Origin: the human T2T-CHM13v2.0 reference genome, Homo sapiens
Strand: one strand, 5' to 3'
Assembly (NCBI RefSeq): GCF_009914755.1
Contig: NC_060948.1
Length of the DNA stretch: 64,000 nt
Below are positions 48,943-63,920 of the stretch, piece by piece. The position numbers were made by a program, and so were the translations under genes. Each line of letters starts with the position of its first letter. Positions within the stretch are counted from its first letter, which is position 1. Under the pieces are notes generated by a model. It searched no databases. It worked only from the letters and a program-made list of their open reading frames with translations, and was not told where the DNA came from.

Positions 48943-51921
48943 ACTACTTTGAGTCTCACCTTTCCTTATTTGGAAAAATATTTCCATTGAAGTGTTATGG
49001 TGAAGATTCAATACAATTAAATGATATAACATATGTAAAGGGCTTAGCAATAATCCAATGGCTAATAAGCAGCCAAGGAGTGGTAGCTCTCAGTATAGTC
49101 AGCCTCTAAGAAGAGAGCAAATGTTTATTTTCAAGAAGAATTATGCAGAAAGGGCCACTTTCAGTCTACCATCCCCCCAAATTCCTTGAAGGAAGGATGA
49201 TGTGAGCAGCAAGGGAAGAAAGGGGAGTGGGTATGATATACTATAGAACCTGCAAGGAATGAAGTCCCTCTGTCTGTGTGTGCCTATATCAATAATTTAA
49301 ACTTACACATTCATGAGATGCACTGTGTTTATTAGGGTGTACATGTGTCCCTAAGAATCTGAGAGTTCCTGAGAGACAGAGATGGTGTCTTACTCATCTG
49401 CTCTCCCCAGGTCCTGGCTTACTACCTGGCACTTATTGGGTAATAAATGTCTGTTGAATGCATGGAAAAAGGAAGGTAGGAAAGGTATGAAGGAGAAGAT
49501 GGAGGTCACGACCAGTAGAAATCTCAGCTGTTCTGCCTGGGCTCCATGTCATCTCCCAGCTATTAGGCCCATTAGAATGTAAGCACAAATGCCTAGAGAA
49601 TGACTAGCTTCTTTGGGACTCTGCTGACTAGACATGACATAAGACTGGACGGCTCCTGGGGAACTTCCAAGAGCTGGCTCCAGGCAGTGACTAATCCTAG
49701 CAGCTGCTGGCTTGGATGCCTCTCTCCCTTCCTTATTTCCAAGATTGGTCACCTCCTGCTCTGAAATAGCAATTGATTTTCAGACATGAGTTGATAGAGC
49801 CATGATTTTCTAATACTGTTCCAAAGGGGCTAAAGTACCTCTGAGGAGCAGTGCAGGCTAGGATCAAACTCTCCCTACCTTCCACTCCACTCCCTACCTT
49901 GCCCCTCCACCTCTGCCCACTTTCTATTTCCTCAGGCACAGCAGCTTCTACCTTATGGATTACAAATTCTGGTCATCCATCTATGGTTGCATTAAGAAAA
50001 GAGTACTGCTACTTTCATTTTCTTTTCTAACCACTGCCCTAGAAGAATAACACCTCACATTCTCTGGTAGACTGAAGCCTGCAGCTGCAAGGATGCTCAG
50101 AAAACCAGACTTCTATTCATTGGCCACTTGCTGCACTTTCTGTCCCTCGATCCTTGCAACGTACCTTTGAGGTAGGCATAAAAATCCCCATTTACAAGTG
50201 AGAAAACCAAGGCAAAAGAGGTTCAGTTTATTTCAGGCTCAAATGTGCTTCCAATAGCTTATAGCCTCTACAGCTAGTGTTTGAACCCAGGTCTGAAACA
50301 AATAGGATTGACAAGGGGAGGGAAAAGAGGAACAGAAATTCTTTTTCTATAAGACAATTGTTTATGCAGCCAGGATTTCTTAAAGTCCAGTTTGTGCCTA
50401 GGACATAATCTTTGAATTTGCTTTGTTTCTCGATGAATAACTTGGAAGCTATTCAAATAACTTGGAAGCTTCCTTTAAAAGGAACATCAGGAGGTGATTT
50501 TTGACTAACTCTAGGTGTACTTTCTGAGCCAAATAGATTTTTAAATAAGAAAATGAGAGGACGTGAGCTTGAGGAAAATGATAGGCATTCCAACCTCACC
50601 TGCTTGCTGACGACCTCCACGAGATTTCAACAATGATTTCAAATATTACACTTTTTAAGTCAGTGTGACTTAAGTATGAAATTGCCTCTCCCTAAAGCTC
50701 CCCTAAGGCCTAAACAGTCATCATTACCATAGCTGTGACAGGGAGGCTGTTGAATTTATAATCTATTGGCCATTCACAGCATAGCGTATAAACCTAGCTC
50801 ATGATTTCTTTGCAATAGAAGTGCACTTTTTCATCATATTCCCTTCAAAACTTACTCACCATATCAGACTTTGAGCTCTCCTCCTGGCTTAGCCTGGATC
50901 ATTTGAAATTGTCATCCATCCTTTGGCCTCAATACCTAAACTAAGGTCTATGAACAATAAGATGATTTTCTTCAGTGGGACTTTTTTGTTTCATATAATA
51001 TTAGATATTTCCCCTGATACAGGGCTCAATCTTTTTCTTTTTAAAGCAATATTTCTCAAAGTACTTTTCACAGAACTTAAGTTTCATTAAGCACTTCACT
51101 AAAAGAAAAGTCTGTGATCTAATAAATTTGGAAAATATTGAGAATTAGAGCCCCCATTAGATATGTACCGTAGCTACTCAGCTTGCTACAGATGAAGTAA
51201 ACATTGTAATATTCACCCAGCTTTTGAGTGATGTCTATTAACGTCACCCAAATGAGTATTCCATGGAATGCACTTTGCAAAAACCTATTATTCAAGAAAC
51301 TTCTGGAGCATGAAAGCTATTAACGATAAATCCATTCACAAAATCACACCAAATATCTAAAATCATGTTTAAAATCTCCTAGAAATGGGTTGAACTGCCC
51401 ACTTCAGAGACAAAGTGATTCTTTTGTAATAACGAGTTTTGTTTAGTGAGTACTTATTATCTCATTGAATCCTGAGGACTACCTCACAAGGTAAGTATAG
51501 CTCTTTTCATTACACATGACAAACAAGACTCAGAGAGGTTAAGTAACTTGCTCAAGATCACAAAACTGCAGAGTGACAAACCTAGAATTTTAAATCTAAG
51601 CTCAAAGGGTCACCAAACCAAATTTGGGTCCACCCACCCAGCCTATCAAAGTCAAGCACTGATATCAGCATTGCTGAGACAGAAGTTGAGGAATTTATTG
51701 CAGGCAGCAAGCAAGGAGTATCAGGCAGCTAATCCTTAAGGCCTAATCTCCCTGATGGCTTATGTGTAAGGGTTTTTAAAGGGGGGAAGGCAGAGGTTGC
51801 AGGCAAGGTCATACAATACATGGAGGCTACATATTGGTTTGGCCAAAAAAGGCAAAATATCTCGAAGTGAGGGCCCACAGGATAGGTGATCATTAGATGA
51901 ATTAAAAGATTTTCTGATTTG

Positions 51922-52221
51922 AGACCAGGTGCAGTGGTTCACACCTGTAATCTCAGCACTTTGGGAGGCCAAGGTGGGTGGATAACTTGAGGCCAGGAGT
52001 TTGAGACCAGCCAGACCAACATGGCAAAACACCATCTCTACTAAAAATACAAAAATTATCTGGGCGTGGTGGTGTGCACCTGTAATCCTAGCTACTCAGG
52101 AGGCTGAAGCATGAGAATCGTTTGAACCTGGGAGACAGAGGGTTCAGTGAGCTGAGATCATGCCACTGCACTCCAGCCTGGGCAGCAGAGTGAGACTCTG
52201 TCTCAAACAAACAAACAAAAA
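51922..52221 (+). mobile_element. Alu (AluS)
   Basis: dimer; TSD aaagattttctgatttg. Confidence 0.95.
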
Positions 52222-52523
52222 CCCAAAGATTTTCTGATTTGTGATTGGTTAAGTTTTGGCTACAAACTTGGGGTCAGCAGAAAGGAATGTTCTGCTCTGG
52301 CCTGTGGGTGTGACTTCCTCCAGGTCCCTCAGGAAGAAATTTAGAACAAAGAACAGTTGTGAGAGTTCAGTCTTCAGTTCCTCCTTATCTGAGATCTATG
52401 AGTCAAGAGGTGGTATTTTCCATTTAGCGGGGTCTGGATTTCTACAAAACAACTCAGGGACATATGTTAAGATGTTATCTCTAGTTTCTATAGGGAAACA
52501 AATATTTTGTGGCTCTACTTTTC

Positions 52524-52642
52524 TTTTTTTTTAATTTAACTTTAAGTTTTAGGGTACATGTGCACAACGTGCAGGTCTGTTACGTATGTATACATGTACC
52601 ATGTTGGTGTGCTGCACCCATTAACTCATCATTTAAGATTAG
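52524..52642 (-). mobile_element. Severely 5'-truncated L1PA (~120 bp)
   Basis: actttaagttttagggtacatgtgcacaacgtgcagg..., L1PA 3' terminus; TSD tttgtggctcta(c/a)ttttctt. Confidence 0.93.
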
Positions 52643-53798
52643 TTTGTGGCTCTAATTTTCTTGACTATTGTTTTAGGCTATTATTACCTTCTTACTTATC
52701 ACGGTGCTCATCTACTTCTTGAGCCTAGGCAGGTGGCTGGAATTTTCCTTGGAGGGACTCAAGAGTTTCCTTTATTTTTCATGCCTTAAATGGGTCTGTT
52801 CTCCCTCTCCAAAGCTCAAGCTTTTAAGGACTATGCTATGGTTAGATTTTTTGTATTGGAGCCAACCTTCCCTCCTACTCAAGAACACCCCTTCTTCAGA
52901 CAGCCTGGCTGGGTCTTCATCCTGGGAGAGCTCATGAAACACAAACCAGATCTTGGCCCTCACATGTGTCTAGGTAGAGCTGACCCTGGGCAACACCAAG
53001 CGTTCCCCCAATTTTGCATGCCCCAGCCAATTCAGAGTCAAGATCCATGCTCATCTCCTTCCCTGCAAAGTGCTAATGATGAAGGATGGGGATCAAGTCA
53101 GCAAACTCCAGAAATGCTCTTAGACTAGGAGTCAAGCCTTGAGATCCTATTACACACCAGATTCATTCCCTGATTAGAGCTGCTGAATTCTTTTACTGTC
53201 ACTGCGCTCATGCTAAAATTTCTTTCCTCTAGCCTCCTAGCCCCAGAGGAGGCTGAGCCATGATACCCATTGTCAAGCAATAAATATTTAAGGAGCCCCT
53301 GAGATATGTCAGGCACCATCGTAGGTGCTGGGACAAGTGAATGTGACCAGGAAAGTCCCTCCCCTCTCAGAAGTTCTTTTCAAGTTGGAGGACAGCAAAT
53401 ACAGAAATATAGAGTCTAACATAACAACAGGGAGTAATAAACACTTTGAAGAAAAATAAAGTGGAATAAGAGGGTAAGGTTGCCATAGGGTTCTCTGGGC
53501 AGTCTTCTATGGGAAGGCCACTTGTTGGGGCAGAGAAACAAAAGATGTCTGAAAGGAGGACTACGGGCCCCCCATAAGTGTGCTCCAGTCAGTGCACAGG
53601 GCAATGGGCATGTAATTTCCTATGATTAAGACCTACAGTATGTACAATATTACTGCAACAGACACTGAGACTGACTTAGCATTGTTTCATAGCATCCGAG
53701 TTGCTCTGTTGGAGGAAAGTGCATGTGATGGGCATTCATTTGCTTCCGCCATCAGACAGATTCTCTACCTTTGTCCTTCCTACAAGATTCCCTAGGAA

Positions 53799-54108
<310 letters not shown>

Positions 54109-55889
54109 TGATTCCCTAGGAAGCTGACTCCCACTGAATGTGCCACTCAGGAGTCCCTGCTCTCTAGATTACAGTTGAGTTTGCTCAATGCAAGGCCCCA
54201 GCAGAAATGTTGAAAGTAAGAGCAAATAGATAGTTAACCACTCTTTAAGACAACAATGGATGTATACTTCTCTGGCCTCAGCTCCTGTGGGGAAGCTCCA
54301 GTGCCAATCCCTGGGTGCTTCACCATTTTCAATTAGTTTCTGAACCTTGTAAACAGACCCTTCACTAAATTCTTCCTAGTTAACCCTTTGAGAATGAAAC
54401 CATTTCCTGCCAGGACTCTGGCAGATACAAAGAACCCACAGCTGACTGCTGGGTCCCCGGCAGACCTAGTGCATGGCTCCACACTGCCATCTTGGGGGCT
54501 GGCACATGCTGGCACTGAGTCTGGGGAAGGGAGCTGGGGCTGGAGGTGTGGAGGGGAAGACCGTGCATAGTTGCTTCCTGATCAGCTCTTTATTTGATTG
54601 AGAGTGAGGCAGGGAAGATTAGAGGGGAGCTTACAGTGGAATTCAGGGCTGAGGCTGCTATTCTTTTGCTCCTTGTAACTTCCTACAGTGTTGTCAGCAT
54701 CCACATACTTCTCTGTGGGGTTGGTCTCAGAGCCAGGTTACCTTGTCTTAGGTCCAGTGGCACCCTGACTGGCTTGGTGTCCTTGAATAAGTTAACTAAC
54801 CTCTCCATACCTCAGTCCCTCAGCTGTAAAATTAAAAAAAAAAGAAGAAGAGTACCTACTGTATAGCATTGATTTGAAGATTGAATGAGCTGGTATTATA
54901 CAACGTTTAGAAGCAGTGCCTGACACGCAAAAGGCTCTCAACAAATACTATCCTTTACTAATATCCTGTGTGTCTGTATCAGAGCTGGTGGGGTGGAGGG
55001 ACAGAAAGAAGTGGGAGAAAGGTAAAGAGATGGGCAAATGATCTCTAAAGTCTCTCTGGCACTAACACAATTCTTTATTATGTGTTTTGTCTGGCTCTTT
55101 ATATTGATAGCTGTTCCAGAGGCAATCAATACCTATTAGTCGGTTTTATTCTTATTTTTCTGTCTGATCTTACAGGGGAGCAAACTGTGGCAAAACATGA
55201 ACTTACTTCTCAGGAAATTAACCATTATGTTGGCAATCACTGTGATTATTTGAACAGCAGCATCTGGACAAATTTAGTCACATGAAGTACAGAAGAGAGA
55301 TTTCTCATGGTTAAAATGAAGCTCTCTTTATTTGCTTCTGCTAATTAAAAAATCAGAGCTAAAGATACTTAAACACTACAGTTAAAATGCCATGGTTGTC
55401 TATTGGCTTAATGAATTCTCTTATGAAATCAACTCTAATATGTTATCCATTATAAATCATGAAACACAATTTTTCTTATTCTCTTTAGAGCTTTACAATT
55501 CATCTTAAAAACCAGTGTTTACACTCTCTTCTGTAGGTAGTACAATAACTTTTAGCGAGAAAAAATAAAAGTCTGGCTTTCTGACTCATAGGTGTATTCC
55601 CTTTAACAGAAAAAGAAAATATATCCTCTTTAAAACTGATGATCATTGGTCACCTCAATTTTATCAAAGTTCACTTCTGACCTCTTTAGATGTAGTTCTC
55701 TACATAAAACTGCCCAACAGAATTCTCTGTCTGAATGCCTCCTCCACAAACAAAATTTTAAGAACTAAAATCATCATCTTTCCTTCCAAATGTGCTCTCC
55801 CTATGTCCCCAGGGCTCTCCACATGTAGAGCTGAGACCATTTGCCACTCAGTTTCCTCACCCAATTAATTACAAGTCCGAACAATTTTC

Positions 55890-56193
<304 letters not shown>

Positions 56194-56609
56194 CAGTTTT
56201 GCCTTTTTAACATCCCTCAGCTCTTCAAATCCATTTTCTCTTCTCTAACACCTCCCCATTCCCCAGCTCGTAATGAGCTCTTAAGTAGATTACTACAATC
56301 ACCTCCCAAATGGTCTTCCTGGCTCCATCAGCCTTGTGACCTTCAAGTTCATTCTCCACATGGATGTCAGAGTAACTTTCTAAAATGAAAATCTGACCAC
56401 GTTACTCTCTTGCCTAAATCCACCTATGGCCGGTGTTAGGATCAAGTCTAAACTCCCGACCCTGGAACATCAGGTCTTCATGCTCTGTTCACTGCTTCTC
56501 TACCTCACCTGCAACCAACACCACTCCCACATCCATATACTGCTCACCGTGTATCAACATGAACAGGAGGTGGGTGTTTCAGTCCCCAGGAAGACACTGG
56601 GCCTTTTCA

Positions 56610-57390
56610 ATCATCTACTGCTATGTAATACCCACCCCACAAACTGACCACATGATTTCATTTTGCAAGGGTTCCTTCCTTGGGCTGTGTTCAGCAAAAG
56701 GGTTTACTGAGCTGGCAGGTCCAAGATGGCCTCACTCACAGGACTGGCTGTTGATGGGAGCCTTGATGCTCTTGGGCTCACCCCTTATCCTCCAGTAGGT
56801 TAGAGCTTCTTACAGTGGTTTCAGGCAGCATCTGAAGCCAGTAAAAGCAGAAGCTCCAAGGCTTCTTACATTCTAGCCTGGAAAATCACATCACATTGCT
56901 TCCTTCATATTTTTTTGGCAAATCAGGTTGCAAGGCTTGCCCAGATTAGGGTAAAGAGGCTCCTTTTCTTTCTTTCTTTTTTTTTTTTTGAGTCAGAATC
57001 TTGCTCTGTTGCCCAGGCTGGAGTGCAGTGGTGCAATCTAGGCTCACTGCAAGCTCTGCCTCCTGGGTTCATTCCATTCTCCTGCCTCAGGCTCCCAAGT
57101 AGCTGAGACTACAGGCACCTACCACCACGCCCGGCTAATTTTTTTTTTTTTTTGTATTTTTTAGTAGAGACTGTGTTTCACTGTGTTAGCCAGGATGGTC
57201 TCCATCTCCTGACCTCGTGATCCGCCTGCCTTGGCCTCCCAAAGTGCTGGGATTACAGGCGTGAGCCACCGTGCCAAACCAAGAGGCTCTTTTTCTTGAT
57301 GAAAGGAGTAGTGAAGTCACATTGCATGTCCTTGCAAAGGGACATGCAGACCACATTAGTGAGAATATGTGCCTGTATTTTGCAATCTGT
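56610..57390 (-). mobile_element. Old MaLR LTR (MLT1-like), split by an Alu
   Basis: tctactgctatgtaatacccacccc...ggtccaagatggcctcactcaca... Confidence 0.6.
56964..57280 (-). mobile_element. AluY
   Basis: ctgcaagctctgcctcctgggttcattccattc, gttagccaggatgg; TSD aagaggctc(c/t)ttttctt. Confidence 0.93.
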
Positions 57391-58854
57391 AACATGGGCA
57401 TAAACTAAATGTTTTCCAAAGGGAATAGGGCAAAACCAAAAGGACCTTGACCACTCCTTTGGCCCTGAATAAATCCAGGTAGCCTAAGAGTATGACTATC
57501 CTGAGGTAGAAAGAGGGTCACATGCTGGATAAGAGGTACCTGGGCTCTCCACTTACAAGAAGAGAGCATGGTTACATTTATAATCACCATTCCCAACATG
57601 CTGTGAGTGCAGGCAGCTACCAGGTGGAGAACAAAGGAAATAACCAGGACACCCATCTCTAAACCTGTTAATTTAATCACATGGAACACTTCTATTTAAA
57701 ATTCCCGAGGGTTAAGATGTAAGAATGCTTATCAAGGTAGATGCTGTTCACACTGCTTGGAGTGTCAGGCCTAGATCTCTATCCATCAGAAACAACAATA
57801 TCAATAACAACAACAGCAACATGATGATGGGGCAATTTCTGAAAAGCACCATGTATTTTATTGATACATGTCTGTTGCAGAAAATCCAGGTGAATCCAAA
57901 GAAGAAATAAATGTCTTCCACAATCCCATAGCCCAGAGCTAACTAACCACTATAAAGAACCCAGTGTGGTTTTAACTAATGGATCAAAAGATGCTCATCA
58001 AAGATCTGAGCTTTCCTGAGTGCTAACAGGAAACATCCAGCATCTCTGGTCTCTACAAGGCTGCAGGTGTCTTTGACCATAGTGCCTGTTTTGTGTCAGG
58101 GAAAGAATCAACCTGGGAGCCAAGCCCAGGAATCAGGATGACCAAGACATACTCGACAAGGAGGGAACAAAGCCATCCAAGGACAATCAAGGACAAATCA
58201 AGCAAATGAATTTAAGGGAGACCTGCTCATGGTATGCTTTGCTGCTCAGCATGGCTGGGAGGCACAGTGGAAGATCATGCATCCTTCCCCTGGGACTCCT
58301 CTGCCAGAGCCTGAGAGATTTCTCCTGCCCACAGGCTAGGGGTAGGACAGTTGGAATTGATCCATGCCTTCTAGCTAGACTGTGGGTCCCCTCAGTCTTG
58401 GGCATGGTGACAGCCCAGCATCAGACAGAGGTCAGTATCAAACTAGAAAATTTAATAAACGCTGTCAGATTTGTAGACCCAAGAAAATATAAACTGGCAA
58501 TCACGGAGGAAAAAAATCTCTCAATGATCTTATCTTTATATGATTCCCTTGCTGTCTGGAAATTGACATTTCCTTGGGGATAATCTGGTCATAGGATTGG
58601 TGAACGTGAAAGGGAGGCAACCTCCGAAGGTGGGGCCCTCTGCTCACCTGGGACAGGGAGGGCCTGAGGTAGGTGTCTGTGTGAGCTGGGGAGGAGGATG
58701 GGAGCAGTGCTTCTAGATATTTCCACTTTCTCCTCATTAGATAATAACGAATGGGTGATTTCCCTAGTCACTGCAGTATGAGGAAATCTACAAAATCAAT
58801 TTCCCAATACGCTTTACAGGATAGGTGGAGACACCCATGAAGCACAACTGCAGT

Positions 58855-59175
58855 GGGTTATAAAAAACGGCCTTTCGAGTTGAGCAATAAATTCGTTCAA
58901 GCAGCCATTCTGAAGGACAAACGTGGCTCTGTATTTAAGAGGGGCATTCCAGCACTTCTCTAGCCACTGGGTTGACAATGACTCACCAAAGCCTCTGGTA
59001 GCCACCACAGGACGCCCAGAGCATATGTTTTAAAGCTGAACACCAAACTGCGGACTTCGGGAGTAAGTGAACTGACTGGTTTTTATTTTGTTTTACTGCT
59101 TTTAACATTACAGTAACTGTTACAGGTTCCAGCAGGCTAACTGGGTGGAAATGAGTTTGGTTTCACTTAGTCTCT
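58855..59175 (+). promoter_or_regulatory. Candidate promoter/enhancer in repeat-free DNA
   Basis: local CpG enrichment, TATTTAA at 58932, AP-1 TGACTCA 58979-58985, GA/GTAAGT donor at 59063, IRF-like GGTTTCACTT ~59159; motif evidence only. Confidence 0.35.
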
Positions 59176-61241
59176 CTAAAGAGAAAGCAAGTCGGTAGAC
59201 TAATACCTAATAAAAGCAAAGCTGCCAACAATTGAAATTGCCTGGGCTGCTCTGTGTGTCCCACATGCATGGGTGTGGGTGCCAGTGTGTGTGCGCGTGT
59301 GCATGCATGTGCATCTGTGTCGGGATAGAGTGGTAAGAAAATGGGAAATAATAAGAATGTTCAGTACATACCCTTTCATTATAAAAAGGTGAGCTATAAT
59401 AAATACTAGTGCCACATTTAGTCAAAACTTTACTCCAGCCAAAGGTGATATTTTCATGATAACATCCTGTGATTGCTTTGTTGTTCGTTTTTTATGTTCT
59501 TCCTAGATGGGCTCAGAACATACAAGAATTAAGTACACATCTTATTTTCCAGTGATAATGCTACCGGCAAATCCTGTTGTTTGTATAAACATCAGCCATG
59601 TTTATATAACTAAACTAGTGTTTTGTTTTGTCAATTCAGCAAGAAATTAGACCAAATGGTGGCTTAATGCTGCATTGATTTGTCTATCAATTTGTTTTCA
59701 CTTTTCTGCAAAATATTTAATACATTATTAAATTGAATTATGTTGATGCCACAGTTGTTCTTATCTCAATTGTCTTAAAATTCATTTAATTTTTTTCCTT
59801 TGGTTTCATTATTCAAATTTTAACTTCAGTTCTCAAGATTCTATCTGATGGAAGAGATGGAGTCCATTACTAAGGACTCCATTGTGCTCCATCATGCCAG
59901 AGTTGTAAAATAGATCTTTTAAAGGAAATTTACTGTGATTTTTTTCTATTTAAGAGCTGCCTCTCCAGTTGAGCATGTAAGAAAATTGTAGCAGGAGAAT
60001 ACAGTAAACTCTATGAGACAAGCTATAAACATGTAGCATTGTGATTAGGGCTGGTTCTCCTTCTAGAGGCATGGTAGGATTGCAATTTCATACCATCCTT
60101 GAAGTTAGAGAGAGCCACGTGACTCATTTAGCCAATGAACTGTAAGCAGAATGACATGTCACTTCCAGCAGAAGCTTTAAGAATCTGAGAAACATTCACA
60201 CGTTTTCCATGTGCTGTAGCCTTATACCAAAAGCCTGGGTCCCAAGTGACCATGACAGGCAGAGCTCCCTTTTGAGCCACAGAGATTTAGAGAATGGCTG
60301 TTAACACAGCATAATCTAGCCCATCCTGACTAATCTGATATTAACATGTATAATAAAGAATTCTATCAATGCTGAGGGAAGATGATTAGTTAAGGTCCTA
60401 GGTTGCAAGTCTCAAAACCTCTTCTAAGGATTGTAGACAGGAAATTAAATGACTTCTAGTCCCTAGAGTTCCCAATCTCCTACCATCCCATCCTAATATG
60501 ACAGAAGTAATTCCTGAGTTGCTTCTGAAACCAGAGCTTCCCTCAGAACCGTTAGCCTGCCAGATGGCTTCTTGGAGAGCTCTCACTCACTTTTCTCCTT
60601 CTGCTATTGCTGTTCATTCATTCCAGCTTTTAAAAATTCATCTTTATCCAGGAACCTCGCTTCTAGAAAAGTCATACAGGTGCTTCCAGGAGGCTACACG
60701 TGCACCCATATTTTTCTAGCCACATTCATTAGACCAATGCAGCAGAGAAGAAAAGCCTCAATAATTATTATGACATGGCATGTTAGGATACCAAGTAAAT
60801 TGCATTTGTAAAATGTGATTTTCTGTTGGTGTTCACTTCTGCTCTACTGACATTTGGTAAGTATTATTGACTGACTGACTAACTAATGTGGTCATTAGTC
60901 TTCATAAAGAAAGGCTCTCTACAAAAATGGAGGGATGCCCTTTTTCTGGCATTTAATACGTCAGAAATTGCCTCCGATAGAAACCAGAGTTGCCTGCTTA
61001 CTATCAGCACAGGAGAAATGTATTAATGTGACTTTATAGTAACAGGCTTTTAGAAAGTCAAATATAAACAAATTTGTCTATTTGTGTGTGTGCATGTGGT
61101 GGTGGGGAGGGAAGAAAAAAGGAGGGGGAGAGAAAGAGAAATAAGAACCAAGTTTATTATACTGTATTCAGGGGGAACAAAATTTCCCAAGGTCCTAACA
61201 GAAGAGCAAAGTGCCACTGTCAATAGCCTCCGTAGTGTTAG

Positions 61242-61605
<364 letters not shown>

Positions 61606-63049
61606 AGGATTGCTTTTATAGCCAGTCTTCAGGTGCCCACTGTAGGAACAATGTCATTTAACCCTCGAGATTATTCTGTGCCAAATACGGATAATGACTA
61701 ATATTCAACACAGATATTCTCAGCTCAGAGGAGCAATTAGCAAATTCATAAATTAAGTGCTTGCTTCCTTTTTAGTCAAATACAAACATTTGTTAAAAGA
61801 TATTATTTTGCTTTACACTTTTTCTCTCAGAAATAAACAGATGCTTGAATTCCCACAGTGCTGCTTGAGCCTCACACCATGTCATCCTGCCAGGCACCCA
61901 GATCCAGTTCTAGAGTTTCACATGATCATGAGTGTTGGTTAATAAGTCAATGTGAACTGGGAGGGGAGATTTTTCAGGAGTGCCACAGGGCTCTCCCTTT
62001 AATCACATACACTCCCTGCTTTCATTGGAAAGTGTACAATGATGTCAGAGTGCCCCAGAATGGAGCTAGTTGGAAGACTGCCATCATAGGGATGCCTTAG
62101 TGAATTAATAAGGTTTTAATTTCTGGCTCTCAACTTTGTAGATGTAAAAGTTGATTTATCAGTATGTGAGAAAGGACGAATCTTTCTGAAGGTTATGTCA
62201 TCACACTCACTAAGCACACAGAGAATAATGTCTAGAATCTGAGTGCCATGTTATCAAATTATACTGAGACTCTTGCAGTCACACGGGCTGACATGTAAGC
62301 ATCGTCATGCCTAGTACAGACTCTCCCTGCAGATGAAATTATATAGGATGCTAAATTATAATCAGAACAATGTTTGGTGAGCCAAAACTACAACAAGGGA
62401 AGCTAATTGGATGAATTTATAAAAATATGCCTCAACCAAAATAGCTTAATTCAGTCTCCCTTATCATAAGGATAATCTTGCCTAAAGGGACAGTAATATT
62501 AAAGACACTAGGAATAACCTCTGTACTTTGGACAGTAGACCTGCACAGCCCCTTAGGCCTCAATGAATTCTTATGCAAGACCAGAAGCCAATTTGCCATT
62601 TTAAGGAGATTCTCCATGTTTCTGCTCTAACTGTGATTCACAATACTCAAGACACCGAATCAGGAAGTTTCCGGGAGTGCAGGGAGCTGTCCGTGGTACT
62701 GAGCAGTTCTCAGCAACCCAAAGATCCTATTGACTCCTCATCAGACTTCTTTCTCACTGGAATTTTACGCCTGGGCTGTTAACACCAGGCCAGGTCAAAT
62801 TCAAAGGAGAGAAAAAAGCTCATTATGAAGGGTAAAATCCAAAACACTGTGCATAAAGATATGTGTGCACAATTTTTATACATAAAGATTTCATAAAGCC
62901 AAAGCATCAGGAAATGAAAAGAGATATAGAAAGAAAAATGATGGTAAATGAGACATTAATTTACCCTTCTAATCTCTATCACAGCAAAAAGATAATTAAA
63001 AAATCTATATGAGAACCACAAAATACACAAAAATTATGTAGCAAAGCCT

Positions 63050-63639
<590 letters not shown>

Positions 63640-63640
<1 letters not shown>

Positions 63641-63920
63641 TGTAATCCCAGCATTTTGAGATGCCAAGGTGGCAGGATCACTTGAGACCAGGAGTTCACA
63701 ACCAGCCTGGACAACACAGGGAGACTCCACCTCCACACACGCCAAAAAAAATTTTTAAATAGCCAGGTATAGTGGTACTTCTTGTAATCCCACCTACTTG
63801 GGAGGCTAAGGTGGGAGAATCACCCAACCTCAGGAGTTCAGGGCTTCAGCAAGCCATGATCATATCACTGCACTCCAGCCTCAACAACAGAGCAAGATCC
63901 TATCTCAAAAAAATAAAAAA
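63640..63920 (+). mobile_element. AluJ, 5'-truncated
   Basis: starts tgtaatcccagcattttgag; diverged dimer. Confidence 0.88.

Larger units (their letters stand above)
51609..52810 (-). mobile_element. ERV1-type LTR (family uncertain) carrying nested Alu and L1PA
   Basis: antisense aataaa (tttatt ~51694), tttttaaa TATA region, tgattgg CCAAT; right end approximate. Confidence 0.6.
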
